Of a stretch of DNA of 64,000 bases, positions 37,944-51,335 are shown piece after piece. Under the pieces are notes generated by a model. The model saw only the letters and a program-made list of their open reading frames with translations, made no database searches and was not told where the DNA came from. Each line of letters begins with the position of its first letter. The first letter of the stretch is position 1. The DNA is from Azolla caroliniana (Eukaryota > Plantae > Polypodiophyta): positions 11,594,001 to 11,658,000 of the forward strand of contig JBHGNT010000017.1 of assembly GCA_043228905.1 (NCBI GenBank). Direction: 5' to 3'. Made by a program: the position numbers and the translations under genes.

Positions 37944-39310
37944 ATGGTAGCCGAGTCGGTCCCGATGTTTAATTCGGATACACTAAATCAACCGAGGGCC
38001 AAGCGGAAAAGAAGACAGCAGGAGAAGCGCCAACACCACGACAACAAGGGAGCTGTGAAGGGCTGTGGGAGCAGACAAGCCGACCGGAAGGGTCGAAGCA
38101 CGCGGAGGCGAACAGGCCGAGGAGCGCGAGCGAGGAGGAACCGGAGCGGTGATCCGGAAGATCCGGAAGAGCCTCAAGTTGAGCTTGAGGGGGAGTGTTG
38201 AGAGACAAGCTCAACATCAGCCGGATTGATTGAGCAAGCCGAGGACCGGATCGGTTAGGCCGGATCGGTACCGATATGCAGACCGGTGCGTAGGAAGGTC
38301 GGATCGGTGCAGAAACCGGGAGGCCTTTGGAAAGATATTCTGCAAGGAATATATTTGGGAGTTAGTGTAGGGGCTCCTTAATGAGCATTGAAGTACTGTC
38401 AGTACTTCTATCAATCCGAAAAGGATTTGCATAAAAGTGTTCATTGAACACACACGATGTACAGATTGAGTATTATTTTGAATATAGTTCTGGTTTTTAC
38501 TCTCTCTCTCTCTGTCTCTCCCGTGCGTACTGTGCAAACCTAAGCTTTCCATTAAAGCTGCGTTTTCTGTTGTTTGGTTTCCTATATTGCTTCCGCACGC
38601 CATTCTTTTCATGGTATCAGAGCGCAAGGGTTGAGAACCTCTGGGGTTTGGCGTCGAAGTTTGGGGCGTTCCGAACTGTTGTGTGTACCTGGGAGAATAC
38701 GCCGTCCTTTTTCGAATTACAGTCAATGCTCCTGGTAGAGGAGAACCACGTAGGTGCGTCAACTAGCACGCACACCGACAGCAAGATGTTGTACATAGAG
38801 GGAGATAGGCCCCATGGATGTGGAGGACGAGGTGAGTCGGTGTGCAATGGAGGCGGTCGACGAGATCAAGGGTGGAGGCACCGAAATGATGCCAACAGCA
38901 ATTCCGGACCCTCCGGAAATAGGGGGAGTCAAGGCGATGAGAACTGGCAAGGGAAACTTGCCACGGAATGTTGGTACTATGGCAAGAAAGGCCACAGGGA
39001 GAGCGAGTGCTGGAAAAAGCGCGCCGAGTCGGAGAGGACCGGCTCCAGATCTGGTTCTGGACATACCGACAAAGGAAACCGGCAGCTATTGCACTATGCC
39101 GAAGGATCCGGAAAAGCCGGAAAAGGGTCTGCCTTCATGACGAGACATGAAGCAAACTCAATGAAGCAGACCACCCCGAAATCAGACGAGGTGTGGTACG
39201 TCGACTCCGGTGCATCAAATCACATGACGAGCCATAAGGAGTGGTTCTCATACTTAGAAAAACCGATGCAACCGGGAGTAGTCGCAACCGGAGACGACAC
39301 TCCGCATCCG
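37944..39310 (+). mobile_element. Fragment of another Copia family: 3' UTR-PPT-LTR (38196..38611)-PBS-partial gag/PR
   Basis: TTGAGGGGGAG precedes TGTTGAG; ...CTTTTCA is followed directly by TGGTATCAGAGC. Gag reads FFELQSMLLVEE and protease WYVDSGASNHM. Confidence 0.85.
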
Positions 39311-42300
39311 ACAACACTTCCTCCTCGCTCCCAAAACGCGATATGTTTACCTCACTTCTCCCTCTCTTTTATAACCCAAGGAGGGAGGCCGTTACCACTC
39401 GTTACATCATGTTTATTCCCTGTCCTTTCGGACAGGGATACACCTCGATTTCCTCCCTACCGAATGTGTACTACCTAGGATTTCGCCTCAGGCAACTTGT
39501 ACCTACCTACGTACTATACAACAAAACTTGTGCCCACGTGTAAGGGCCGGTTTACGCACGTTATACCCGGTTTCCGCCTAGGGACGGTTTTCTCCACGAC
39601 ATCCGCCCCCACCTAACCGTGCATCCACCGGTATGCGCCAAAATTAGACTCTTGCCGGAGAAGACCGGCCCACGCTTATCTAGCCGATCGACATCCGTTC
39701 CGAGCCGGTTGTTGTCGCTATCCAGGTCATCTGGGTCCGGTTCAGCCTCGTGCCGCTTTTTGAATGCTTTGATCCTTTTCCCCTGCCACTAGTACCGCCA
39801 TCCTTGTCCCGTCGAGCTCTGCGAGATGGTAGGTCCCATTGTCGTTGGCGCTCGTCACCGCATAAGGCCCGAACCACCTTCTTGCAAACTTCCGCGTTGC
39901 CCGGTGCTGGTTGTCGAGGCTGCTGTCATACACTAGAACCCAGTCGCCTTCCTCAATCTTCTTTGGTTTCAGTCGGTGAGTCCGGTCGAACCTTCCTTTG
40001 TTCTTTACCCTCGCCACCCGTAGCTTCTTCGCGGCTCGGTCCACGTCCTCCTGTCTTTGTTCCAACTGCCAGATCCGTGCCGCTAACAGCTCCTCCCGGC
40101 TCATCTCGTTGTTCCAGTCCACTGTGGCCCATGAGGCGATTGTCTGCTCCATTGGCATGATCGGCTTCTACCCGTACATTAGCTCTGCCAGCATGAACTC
40201 GGTTACCGAACTGTGCGTAGTTCGGTCCGCCCACAACGCATAGGGTAAGAGCTGCGGCCAGTTCCTGACATGGCCTCCACACGGCCATACCAACGCTTTG
40301 ACAATCGGCCCGTGTCTGCGCTCCACCTTCCCGTTAGCCTCCGGATTGTACGCCGTGGTGAGCGAGAGTTTAATTCCTAGCCGGTCAAACAACTCTTCCG
40401 CCTCTTGCGCGTCCAATTCCCCGTGGTCGGCCACGATCTTACCTACGCACCCGTACCGGCATACCACTTCTTCGATTAGAAATCGACACACGGTCGTGGT
40501 CGTTTTGCTCTGCAACACTCGGCCTTCCACCTGGTTCGTCAGGTTCTCCCGAGCCAGCACAAGATACCACATTTGCCCTACCCCCATCGGCATCGTCACC
40601 AGATCCACCATCTAGTTGAAGTGGACGGTCGGAGGGTAGGTCGGGTGGAGCTCGTCCTGATGTCAGACTATGGAGTGCACCTGATAAGTTTCGCAAGTCA
40701 TCACGAACCGATGCACGTCCCGGTATAGTCTCGGCCACAAGTACTTCCCCTTTAGCTTCTCGAATGTGGCCCACGTCCCGCGGTGTCCGGCCTAGGGACT
40801 CTCGTGGTACGCCGTCAGCAATTCTTCCTATTCCTCTTTCTTCGCCACCACTCGGAGCGGGATGCCGTCTCTCTTCTTCGGGTGCTTCCATATGCTCCCG
40901 TCCCGTAGAAAGAATCGGTATGCTTTCTTCCGAATCCAGTTGGCCTCTTCCTTCGTCCATGCCGCGTCCGATGTCATTGTCTTCAGGAACCCGCCGATCT
41001 GGAGCCACTCCCCATCGTACTTGCTCTCGTCGAATTCGTTAAGCGCCGGAGTGCTCCCCTTTCTTGTTGTTATGTTGGCTAACCCGAAGAAATCCTCGTT
41101 GACTTCCTCATTATCCGAAAACATGCCATCCTCGTCATTGAACTGCGCCCTTGAAAGCATATCGGCCATGGCATTATCTTTCCCGGAGATGTGTCGTATC
41201 TCCGGGTTTAGGGACTTGATGTACGCGATCCACTTGAGCATCGCCAGGTCCGGAGTCGCGCATCCGGAGACCATACCTAGAATCGATAAGCAGTCCGTCT
41301 CGATGATCGCTTCCGTCCCGATTAGATAGTCCTTGTCGGCCTTGACTGCCAAAACGATACCCCACAGCTCGCGCTTAACTTGGGCGTATCCTCGCTGCCG
41401 CTCGCTCAATACCTTCGCCCTGAACCGGATTGGGAACCGTACGCCGTCCTTGGCCTCCTGACTGATCACCCACCCAATCCCGGTCGGGCTCATGTCCACC
41501 GTCACGTAGATGGGGACTTCCTTGCTGTAAACTGCATTCCGGAGAGCCGGTGCCGCAGCAAGCGCCTCCTACAGCCTCCGGACCGACTCCGTGTGCTCCG
41601 TCCTCCACTTGAACCTACGCCCTTTCTTCAATAGCCCGTAGAGCGGTTCTGCGACATGTGCGTAGTGTGGAATCCAGATGTGGTAGAACGCGCACGCACT
41701 CAAGAATCTGCGGACCTCCGTAACCGACCCACAATCATCCTTCATCACGGGGATGGCTTCTACCTTTGCCAGGGACGGTTTCCGGCCATAGGGCCCGCAC
41801 AGGTGTCTGACTACCAGGATCTCCGGCTGTCCGAAGGCTGATTTTTCTCCGGAGAAAGTGAGCCGCGCGCTCTCGAGTCTTTGTAGCACATTCTCGCAGT
41901 CGCGGATGTGATCCGTCACAAACCTCCGGCAACTGTCAAGCCCGACCGACTCGTCCTTGTCCTCCACCGGACATCCTTTGATCAGGATGTAATCCAGAAA
42001 TGGCATGGTGATGTCTAGGATGCAGTCCCTCAACACCTTGTTCATCGCATTCACCATGTGTGCCACCGAGTTTGTTCCTCCTTACTGTAGGGTACACATC
42101 CGAACTAAGCCGAGAGGAGTCCGCATCGTCGTGACATCCCTGCTCTATACGGCTAGCTGGAACTGATCGTAGCCTGAGTACAAGTCCTCGACCGAGTAGA
42201 TCGACATCCCTGTGAAGACCTCCGCGAACTCATTGATGGTCGGTCCGATACCTGTGTTTCGAATGGTCACCTTGTTGACCAGTTGTAGGTCTTGTATGAA

Positions 42301-43635
42301 GCGCAACATGCCGTTCTTCTTTGGCATCGTGAACCACTGATTCGAGTATGGGGCACTCGACGGTTCGAGGATGCCCATTTCCACCTTCTGCTTCAGTAGC
42401 TCCATCAACATCGGGATGTGAGCTCTGGGTACCGGAATTGGTTTGAGATTCCACAGCACATGCGGTACCATGAAGATAACCATTGGCTCGACGATTGTCG
42501 GGTCTACACACCCGATCTCCTCCGGCGAGAACGCGAAGGCCTTCCCATGCCTTCCGAGCATCCTCCGAAACTGGTCCTCCTCCTGCAGTAGAAAGCCACC
42601 CCCACCGACCTTGTGCTCCCGTAGCGTTATGTCGGTGAACCGGTGCCCTATGCCGGCTGGATTCCGTAAACTTGGGTCTGACGCGACCCCCTTTATCCGC
42701 TCTATGTTGCCCTCCGGCAAGGGTGCCGCAACTGGCCTCACCTTCCGGTCCACAGTCTTATACTTCGTATCCACGTGGGCCGTTCGATCCGACCCAATCC
42801 TCTCCCCGAAGTCAGCGATGACTTCGTACATTCCCATCGAGCTAATCGGAACGGTCCGGTCTTCGCTAAGGCCTTCACCGACCACCTTTCGTAATTCGCC
42901 CAAGTTGTCGTCAAAAGAGACCGCCTCCACGACACCGCTAATTTCTTCGTTGGGGGAGAGGACGCCACACACCCTAAGTCGCCTCTCCGCTCGCTTCCTC
43001 TCCTGGCTACTGATGTTGGTTAACGTATAACCTCCGTTTTCGGAGAGCCAAAATTTCCTACCTATAATACTTGTGTGGGGTTCTACCGGTGCGTCCGGAC
43101 TATTGTGGCCCCACGCCTTGATAGACCTCTCTTAAAATCCCCTCGACTGTCGCCATTGAGGGTCTCGCGGTTTCGCTCGTGGTTTGGTCGCACTGTCATG
43201 AATTGGACGGAATGCCGATCGTCTTGGCTCTTGACACGTGCATACGCTGAACCGTTGTCTAGTACTTTCGTCTCCATGCATGGTGCCGTAATGTACGGTT
43301 CGCCAAGAATTACCGGGTGCGAGGAAGTTTCCTGCATGAAGAAATGTTGATCTATCTCTACGTCGCCGATCTTCATGCGTACGTTCGGGCACGCACCATG
43401 CAACTCCTCTGTATAGCGCGTCGCCGCGCGTATCTTCCACCCGTGCTTGGTGTTGATCGGCCATTTCCCCTTTTTATAGAAGTCCATGGACATCAGGTTG
43501 ATCTCGGAACCGTGGTCTACCAATGCCACCACCAACGCCTGGAGGTTGCCGATCCGGATAGGGGTTTCCATAGTGGCCCTAGCCCAATGCGGCTTCGCAT
43601 AGTGGCTTTCTGCCAACTCATCCTCTAGGGCTGTG
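39311..43635 (-). mobile_element. Truncated Gypsy element, copy 3 (diverged subfamily) of the tRNA-Trp family: PR-RT-RH-IN plus partial 3' LTR 39311..39601
   Basis: ALVDHGSEINL, LRFIQDL and ANGKVER motifs. A PPT plus TGTCGTGGAGAAAACC lies at 39601(-). The left junction has CCGA microhomology. Confidence 0.9.
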
Positions 43636-46600
43636 TCTTCTAAGTGTGTCAACTACTTAGTTGGAAAGCAGAACAGGGCGGCATTCCACACAAGACCACC
43701 AAGGAGAAGAGATGTTGCATTAGAACTAGTGCACACGGATGTGTGCTATGTGGATGCTCCATCTCATCGAGGAGGACAATACTTTGTAACGTTTATTGAC
43801 GACTACAATCGGAAAACATGGGCCTTTGTACTGAAGTTGAAGGATTAAGTACTTTCAGTTTTCAAGAAATTCCAGGCAAGAACTGAAAGAGAGTCGGGTC
43901 GGAAACTGAAGGTTGTCTGAACCGACAATGGTGGCGAATACAAAGGGTAGTTCGAGGAATACTGCAAGTGCCAAGGTATTCGAATCGAATACATAGTACC
44001 AAAGACCCAAGAGTTGAACGGGCTTGTAGAGAGGATGAATTGAACGATCATGGAGAGAGTGAGGAGCATGCTCTCTCATGCGAAACTGTCAAAATCCTAT
44101 TGGGCTAAGGTGATGTACGCAGCTGTTTATCTGATCAATAGGTCTCCCTCAGTACCTCTAAAGGGTGATGTGCCACAGAGGGTGTGGATAGGGAAGGATT
44201 TCTCCTACCAACACCTGAGGGTGTTTGGATGTTTGGCATATATGCATGTACCAAAGGATCAGAGGTCAAAGCTGGACAGCAAGTCGAAAGCATGCATATT
44301 CATGGGATACTCGGAAGATGAGTTCGGCTACAAGTTGTGGGACTTAGTCGACAAGAAGGTATTGAGAAGCCGGGATGTAGTCTTTTTAGAAGACAAGACA
44401 ATTGAATACTGGAAACAACAGAAGTCGGAATAGACTCCCCAATCAACCTTGACTACTATCGACTTAAGGCCAAATCTGTCGTCACCTGCAGTTGTAAGGA
44501 GATAGCTGGCCGACAGAGCTGACTCCGAGTCGGTCGACTCGGAAAGACCAACAGACTATGAGTTAGAGTCGGAAGACCTGCTAAAATCAATTGAGGAATA
44601 TGAGTTGGAGTTGTCCAACATGGAGATGCCGATTGATGAATAATATCCTGAGGAAAGAGAAGAGTTGGCAGAGACATCCGGAAGAGAGCCAACAGGGAGT
44701 GGACGAAGGTACCCACTCAGAGAAAGGAAGGCATCGATTACATATGCCAGTCAATACATCCTCTTGACTGATGACGGTGAACCGGAGTGCTATGAAGAAG
44801 CCATTGCCGATGAGAGCAGAGAAAAATGGCTGAACGTGATGCAAGAGGAGATGGAATCCTTGCACGCGAATTACACCTATGACCTAGTAGAGCTATCGAA
44901 AGGTAAGAGAGCACTCAAGAATAAATGGGTCTACAGGGTCAAGACTGGAGAAGTCGACAGCGAGCCCAAGCATAAAGCTCGCATAGTGGTGAAGGGTTTT
45001 CAACAGAGGAAGGGCGTTGACTTTGACGAAATATTCGCACCAGTCGTGAAGATGACATCCATACGAATTGTTCTGAGCATAACGGCCAACATGGATCTGG
45101 AGATCGAACAGTTGGATGTCAAAACCCCATTTTTGCATGGGGAGCTAGAAGAAGAAATCTACATGCAACAACCCGAAGGCTTTGAGGAGAAAGGGAAAGA
45201 GAATCTGGTGTGTCGATTGTGGAAAAGCTTGTACGGTCTAAAACAAGCTCCACGCCAATGGTACAAGAAATTCGAGTCCTTCGTGATGGAACATCAATTC
45301 CAGAAAACACAGGCTGATCACTGTGTGTTCGTAAAAAGGTACGAGGAAGGAGATTTCTTGATTCTCTTGCTATATGTTGATGATATGTTGATAGTCGGCC
45401 AAGATGCAAGGAAGATTGGAAGCTTGAAGAAAGCTCTCGGCAAATCATTTGCCATGAAAGACCTTGGACTGGGAAAGCTCGGAAGACAGAGCTCGGAAGG
45501 TGCTATGGTTGTCACAACAGAAGTATGTGACGAAGATCCTAGAGAGGTTCAACATGTCGAACGCAAAGTCCATCGGCTCCGTGTTGTCGACAAATTGCAG
45601 ACTAAATGTGAAACAATGTCCGAAAGGGCAGAAGGAAAAGGTTGAGATGAAGAAGGTACCATATGCCTCAGCCATCGACAATCTAATGTATGCTATGGTC
45701 TGTAAGAGACCGGACATAGCATTTGCTGTGGGAGCAGTAAGCCGATATATGAGTAATCCAAGGAGAGAACACTGGGCACTGGTGAAATGGATACTCAGGT
45801 ACGTAAAGGGCACCTCGGGGGTGTGCCTAAGGTATGGTGTCGAAAAACCTGTGTTGGAAGTTTTTACCGATTCAGATATGTCAGGAGATGTCGACTCAAG
45901 ACGATCCACATCAGGGTACGTGATGACCTATGCAGGGGGAGCAGTGTCGTGGCAGTCACGACTGCAGAAGTCTGTAGCCTTGTCGACTACAGAGGTAGAG
46001 TATATGGCAGCGGTAGAAGCCGGAAAAGAGTTGATCTGGATGAGAAATTTTCTCATCGAACTAGGCATGAAGCAAAAGGAGTTCTTGCTTCATTGTGACA
46101 GCCAAAGCGCCATACACCTAGCCAAGAACGCATCATGCCACTCCCAGACCAAACACATACAGAGAAGGTATCATTGGTTGCGAGAGAGAGTGAATGAAGG
46201 AGAGTTTTCCCTTGTGAAGATCCATACCGATGACAATGGATCTGACATGTTGACGAAGAACCTACCTTTGGACAGACTCAGAATCTGTCGACAAAATACA
46301 GGACTGACAGATTTCCTCCCACAGGAGTGAATGGGGAGTTTGTTGGGAATATGTCGCTCCAGTGGGAGGAAGAACCGACTGATCGGAAAGCTGACAATCG
46401 ATGATAGGGAAGATCCGATTGTTCGGAAAGCCGACAATCGAAGAGTCGAAAACAGTGAGTCGACTGTTTGAAGATTTGACTATTATTATTATAGTAATAA
46501 TAATGATGATGATGTGTGGAAACAAGTCCCTCCAGATGGGAAAGAGAGAGGAGCCGAGTTGAGGAGTGACTCGGCCGAGGCCGAAACCAGAATCGTGTAG

Positions 46601-47045
46601 CCAACTCGGGTGACTATACTTGTAAATAGTCTAAGTGTGCGCCCCATGAGGGCTATGTATGTAAATAGCCAGAAAGTTGTGTAAGTATATATACAACTAG
46701 GGAAAACTTTATGCGTGTGAGAGTGAGTAAGAACAGAAGTTGTAGAACGTGAGAGAGTGTAAGAGAGAGAAGTGAGAGCCGCGCCATAGTTGTGTGAGTA
46801 ACAGCTGACGCGAAGAGCCCTGTGTGGCTGATACACTCGATAGAGTGTTGTACTCCTCTCGGTGTCGTATATCCACTTTGTATAGTGAAGAAATATGTTC
46901 ACCCGTGGTTTTCCCCGTTTTAGGGTTTCCACATAAATCTCTGTGCACCATTGTTTATCTTGTCTTTTCTTTCTGTCATTTCTGTAATTCGTATTTCAGC
47001 ATTGTTCGTTAATTGTGATTCATATTTTGCATCGTTTTCTCAACA
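43636..47045 (+). mobile_element. 3' half of a Copia (IN-RT-RH to 46330, PPT, 3' LTR 46341..47045)
   Basis: ELVHTD, YVDD and RNase H motifs; GAATGGGGAGTT followed by TGTTGGG...TCTCAACA. Homologous to 53290-54245. Confidence 0.9.
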
Positions 47046-49073
47046 AATTTGAGTAAGGTATGATGATGAGGCTTGTTGTAAGATAGAAGTGAACAGGTCA
47101 TCATCTGTGTAACTACTTAGGAGTGTGTGACTGCTTAGGTGTCTGTTGATGAAGGAGACCTCGAGGTTGCTGCCTGCGAGTTTCTCATTGTATTCCTTTT
47201 TATCATAGTGTTCTGTTTCGGAGTTTGTGGACTCCATGTGGTTTTATCCCAGTTCGGGTTTCCACGTTAAAATCTGTGTCTTTCTCTGTTTCTAGTTTCT
47301 GTCTTGGTCTTCTGTTTGAGTGGTTATTTTCTGCACACGAATATATGAACAATATCCGGTTGTGGTCGGTTGCGATTCTCAACATAGTACTTGTTCAGCT
47401 TTCTTTTGTTCGGTCGCTTGTTGTTGTCCCATCTTTGTCCTTAGTGCTACGAAGCATTGATCTGGGAGTGGTTTCATCAGGTAATCGGGGATGTTCACCT
47501 AGGTGTCGATCTTCCGGACTTCAAGCTTCTTCTCGGTTATGAGCTCCCGGATGTGATGATATTGCTCCTCAATATGCTTTGTCTTTGCGTGATAAATAGG
47601 ATTGTTTATGAGGTGTATTGCTCTCTGTGAATCACAAGAGATGGTCAGTGCTAGTCATTTGTTTCGGCTTGTGGCCAGAAAATCTGTTAACAGACAATGC
47701 AGCCAGATTGCTTCCTTCGTAGCTTCCGATGCTGCTATGTACTCAGCCTCCGTGGTCGACAGAGCCATGCACTCTTTAAGTTTTGACCTCCATGATATCG
47801 CACGACCACTGTAGTTGAAGATGAAGCTTGATGTCGACTTTCGATTGTCCGTATTTTCGGCATAGTCAGAGCCAGTGTAGCCTTCAACTTCGGTTGAGGT
47901 TGTCAACAGAAAGTTAGTTTTGCATCCATGGTTCCTTTCAAATACCTAAGGATGTGCTTGACGGCCTCCCAATGCTTTCGTCCTCGGTTTGACATGTACC
48001 GACTAACCACCCCTACGACATAGGATAGGTTGGGTCGAGTCGCCACCATTGCATACATGATACTTCCTACGGTTGATGCGTAGGGCATCTTTCCATTAAG
48101 CTCTCTCTCCTTGTCTGATAGTTGGATCGACATTGCTAGCGGTTTTGCTGTTGGCTTCACATTCTCCATGTTGAAGCGCTTCAGCACCTTCCGAATATAG
48201 TCGGACTAGGAGAGTCGAAGAGTCTTGGTCGTCCGATTTCACGCGATCCTCATGCCTAGTATGTGTCAGGCTTGTCTGAGTTCCTTCATCACAAACTTGT
48301 CATGATGTTCCGCTTTAGCTTTCCGATCTCTGTTTGATTACTTCCTGCAATCAACATGTCATCGACATATAGGATCAGATAGATCCTGGACTCTTCAGTT
48401 AGTTGCCCAATGTACATGTATGGGTCGGAGTCTGATCCGTGGTATCCAAGCTGCGTGATGTAGGAGTCGAACTTCTAGTACCACATCCTTGGTGCTTGTT
48501 TCAAGCCATAGACACTTTTCTTCAGTCGACATACGAGGTGACTTTCCTCCCCCATCGTCGTGAAGCCTATCGGTTGAGACATGTAAATGTCTTCTTCCAG
48601 ATCACCATGTAGAAAAGTCATCTTCACATCCAGCTGCTCAAGCAGTAGGTCTTCTATCGCCACAACTCCTAGTAGGAGTCGGGGGGTGGTCATCTTGACT
48701 ATTGGTGGGAATATCTCGTCGTAATCGACCCCATGTTCTTGTTTGAACCATTTCACGATGAGTCGAGCTTTGTACTTAGGTTTCTCTAAGTTCGATACGT
48801 ACTTGTATCGAAATACCCATTTGTAAGGTAGCGGCTTTCTGCCAACTAGTAGTTCGACCAACTTCCATGTCTGATTCATGTGAATCGAGTCCTTTTCGGA
48901 TTTCATGGATTGGAGCCATGTATCGATGTCTCATGTGGTCATAGCTTCATCGTATGTGCTTGGTTTGCCTGCATCGGTGTAGTTGACATAGTTGAGGCCC
49001 AGTTGGTAAAACTCGGTTGGCTTTCGATTGCGTCTAGATCTCCTCAATGCCAAATTGATCAATTTGGATTCTT

Positions 49074-51085
49074 TGATTGTCTCTATTTTGTGATTCGTAT
49101 TTGTGGCACCACTTAAGTTAGGATTCCTCTTGTTGGGTGACTTGCCCCTATCATGGGATTTCGGCGGTGTCACGTTGTCCTCCCCTAAGTGCTTTGTTGA
49201 CTCGGTTCTGTCTCCAATTCGCATCTTGTTGCCTATACCTTTTCTTACTCTTGTCGACTCGGTTGTGTCTTTCATGGCTTTGTCTTTGAGTTCAACTATT
49301 GGACTTATTGCCGATTCAAAGTCGATAGGTGTCTTCTTGGTTTGTTTGAGTTCGATTGTTTGCAAATCCTTTTTACCAAATATTTGCTGCTAGTTCGGCT
49401 AAGACAAGATAGAGTTATCATTGAAGAGTACGTCACTACTCCGGATCAATTTCTGGTTCTCAGGGTCCCATAGCCTGTAGCCGAGGTCCCCATCGATTCC
49501 ATAACCAAGAAATATGCACTTCATTGCATGGGGCGCCATCGCATCTGAATATACGGAGCCTATCATAGGTCGGTTGTTTTCCTGACCATAGTGCCTGCGA
49601 CAATTCAAGACTTATTGCTCTCGATGGTGATGGATTTACCAGGTATACTATCATCTGCAATGCCTTAGCCTAGAATTCCAGCTTTAGTCCGGCTTGCTAG
49701 AGCATTGCCATCACCCTCTCCTGGATGGGTGTGTAAGGAACCGTCTTTTGGTGTCGGATCCCTTTGTTAGAAAGGTACTGTTTGAAGGCTCTGGAGGTGT
49801 ACTCACCTCTATTGTCGTATCAGAGTGTCTTCACTCTGTATCCTAATCGGTTCTCCACTTCAGGTATCCACCAAATGAAGACCTCAAGCGCTTTGTCTTT
49901 GGACCTAATGGAGTAGGCCCAAACCTTCTGTGTACAATCATCTACAAATGTGATGCAGTACCGGGAGCCTCCTAGTGACTGCTTTGGCATGGCCCACATA
50001 TATCTGTGTGCACAAGTTGTAGGGTCTGTAGTACCGTCTCGTAGTGGAGAGAGTGTAGACTTCGAGTCTGTTTCTCGTATTTGTGATTGTCTCTATTTTG
50101 TGATTCGTATTTGTGGCACCACTTAAGTTAGGATTCCTCTTGTTGGGTGACTTGCCCCTATCATGGGATTTCGGCGGTGTCACGTTGTCCTCCCCTAAGT
50201 GCTTTGTTGACTCGGTTCTGTCTCCAATTCGCATCTTGTTGCCTATACCTTTTCTTACTCTTGTCGACTCGGTTGTGTCTTTCATGGCTTTGTCTTTGAG
50301 TTCAACTATTGGACTTATTGCCGATTCAAAGTCGATAGGTGTCTTCTTGGTTTGTTTGAGTTCGATTGTTTGCAAATCCTTTTTACCAAATATTTGCTGC
50401 TAGTTCGGCTAAGACAAGATAGAGTTATCATTGAAGAGTACGTCACTACTCCGGATCAATTTCTGGTTCTCAGGGTCCCATAGCCTGTAGCCGAGGTCCC
50501 CATCGATTCCATAACCAAGAAATATGCACTTCATTGCATGGGGCGCCATCGCATCTGAATATACGGAGCCTATCATAGGTCGGTTGTTTTCCTGACCATA
50601 GTGCCTGCGACAATTCAAGACTTATTGCTCTCGATGGTGATGGATTTACCAGGTATACTATCATCTGCAATGCCTTAGCCTAGAATTCCAGCTTTAGTCC
50701 GGCTTGCTAGAGCATTGCCATCACCCTCTCCTGGATGGGTGTGTAAGGAACCGTCTTTTGGTGTCGGATCCCTTTGTTAGAAAGGTACTGTTTGAAGGCT
50801 CTGGAGGTGTACTCACCTCTATTGTCGTATCAGAGTGTCTTCACTCTGTATCCTAATCGGTTCTCCACTTCAGGTATCCACCAAATGAAGACCTCAAGCG
50901 CTTTGTCTTTGGACCTAATGGAGTAGGCCCAAACCTTCTGTGTACAATCATCTACAAATGTGATGCAGTACCGGGAGCCTCCTAGTGACTGCTTTGGCAT
51001 GGCCCACATATATCTGTGTGCACAAGTTGTAGGGTCTGTAGTACCGTCTCGTAGTGGAGAGAGTGCAGACTTCGAGTCTGTTTCT
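49074..51085. repeat. Tandem duplication with a 1,010-bp period inside a Copia integrase
   Basis: Units are 49074..50075 and 50084..51085, separated by an 8-bp filler. Duplicated ORFs are offset by 1,010. Confidence 0.95.
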
Positions 51086-51335
51086 AGTATTGACAATGCT
51101 TGTGGAAGTCCGTCTTTGCTTGAAGTTTCGGGATGTAGCCTACTGCCATCACTCGATCAAGTCCGGCTTGAGACATGTAGCCGCGTTCGCCATGCCATAG
51201 GTTTGGGTCTATTTTTTCGGCTACATTCATGGCCCCTTTTGAATTGATCACCATCAATGTATACAAGTTATTGTGCTTGTGCCCACTCCCAATTTTGAGG
51301 TTCCCTCGGTTGATCATCCTTACCGAATCCCTTAG

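Larger units (their letters stand above)
25676..47384 (+). mobile_element. Copia element: 5' LTR 25676..26211, PBS-iMet 26215-26226, gag from 26228, internal 36425..~37943, 3' LTR remnant 47046..47384
   Basis: The LTR runs TGTTAGG...TCTCAACA and is followed by TGGTATCAGAGC. Gag MEDLYSGMFKL...TVWEA|LHLKATAYIRCF spans the tandem insertion. Flanks are TACTA/TAGTA (near-TSD). Confidence 0.75.
25221..51335 (-). mobile_element. Old minus-strand Copia (3' LTR ~25221..25503, 3' end to 25675, pol 47385..51335) hosting a 21.7-kb nest
   Basis: A PPT-like aactctctcg at 25504-25513 sits next to ...gccaaca. The RNase H frame ...KKAEQV|VEGKIQLDQS* continues across the nest. RT, IN and GAG-pre motifs occur at 47400-51330. 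The LTR left edge is uncertain. Confidence 0.7.
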
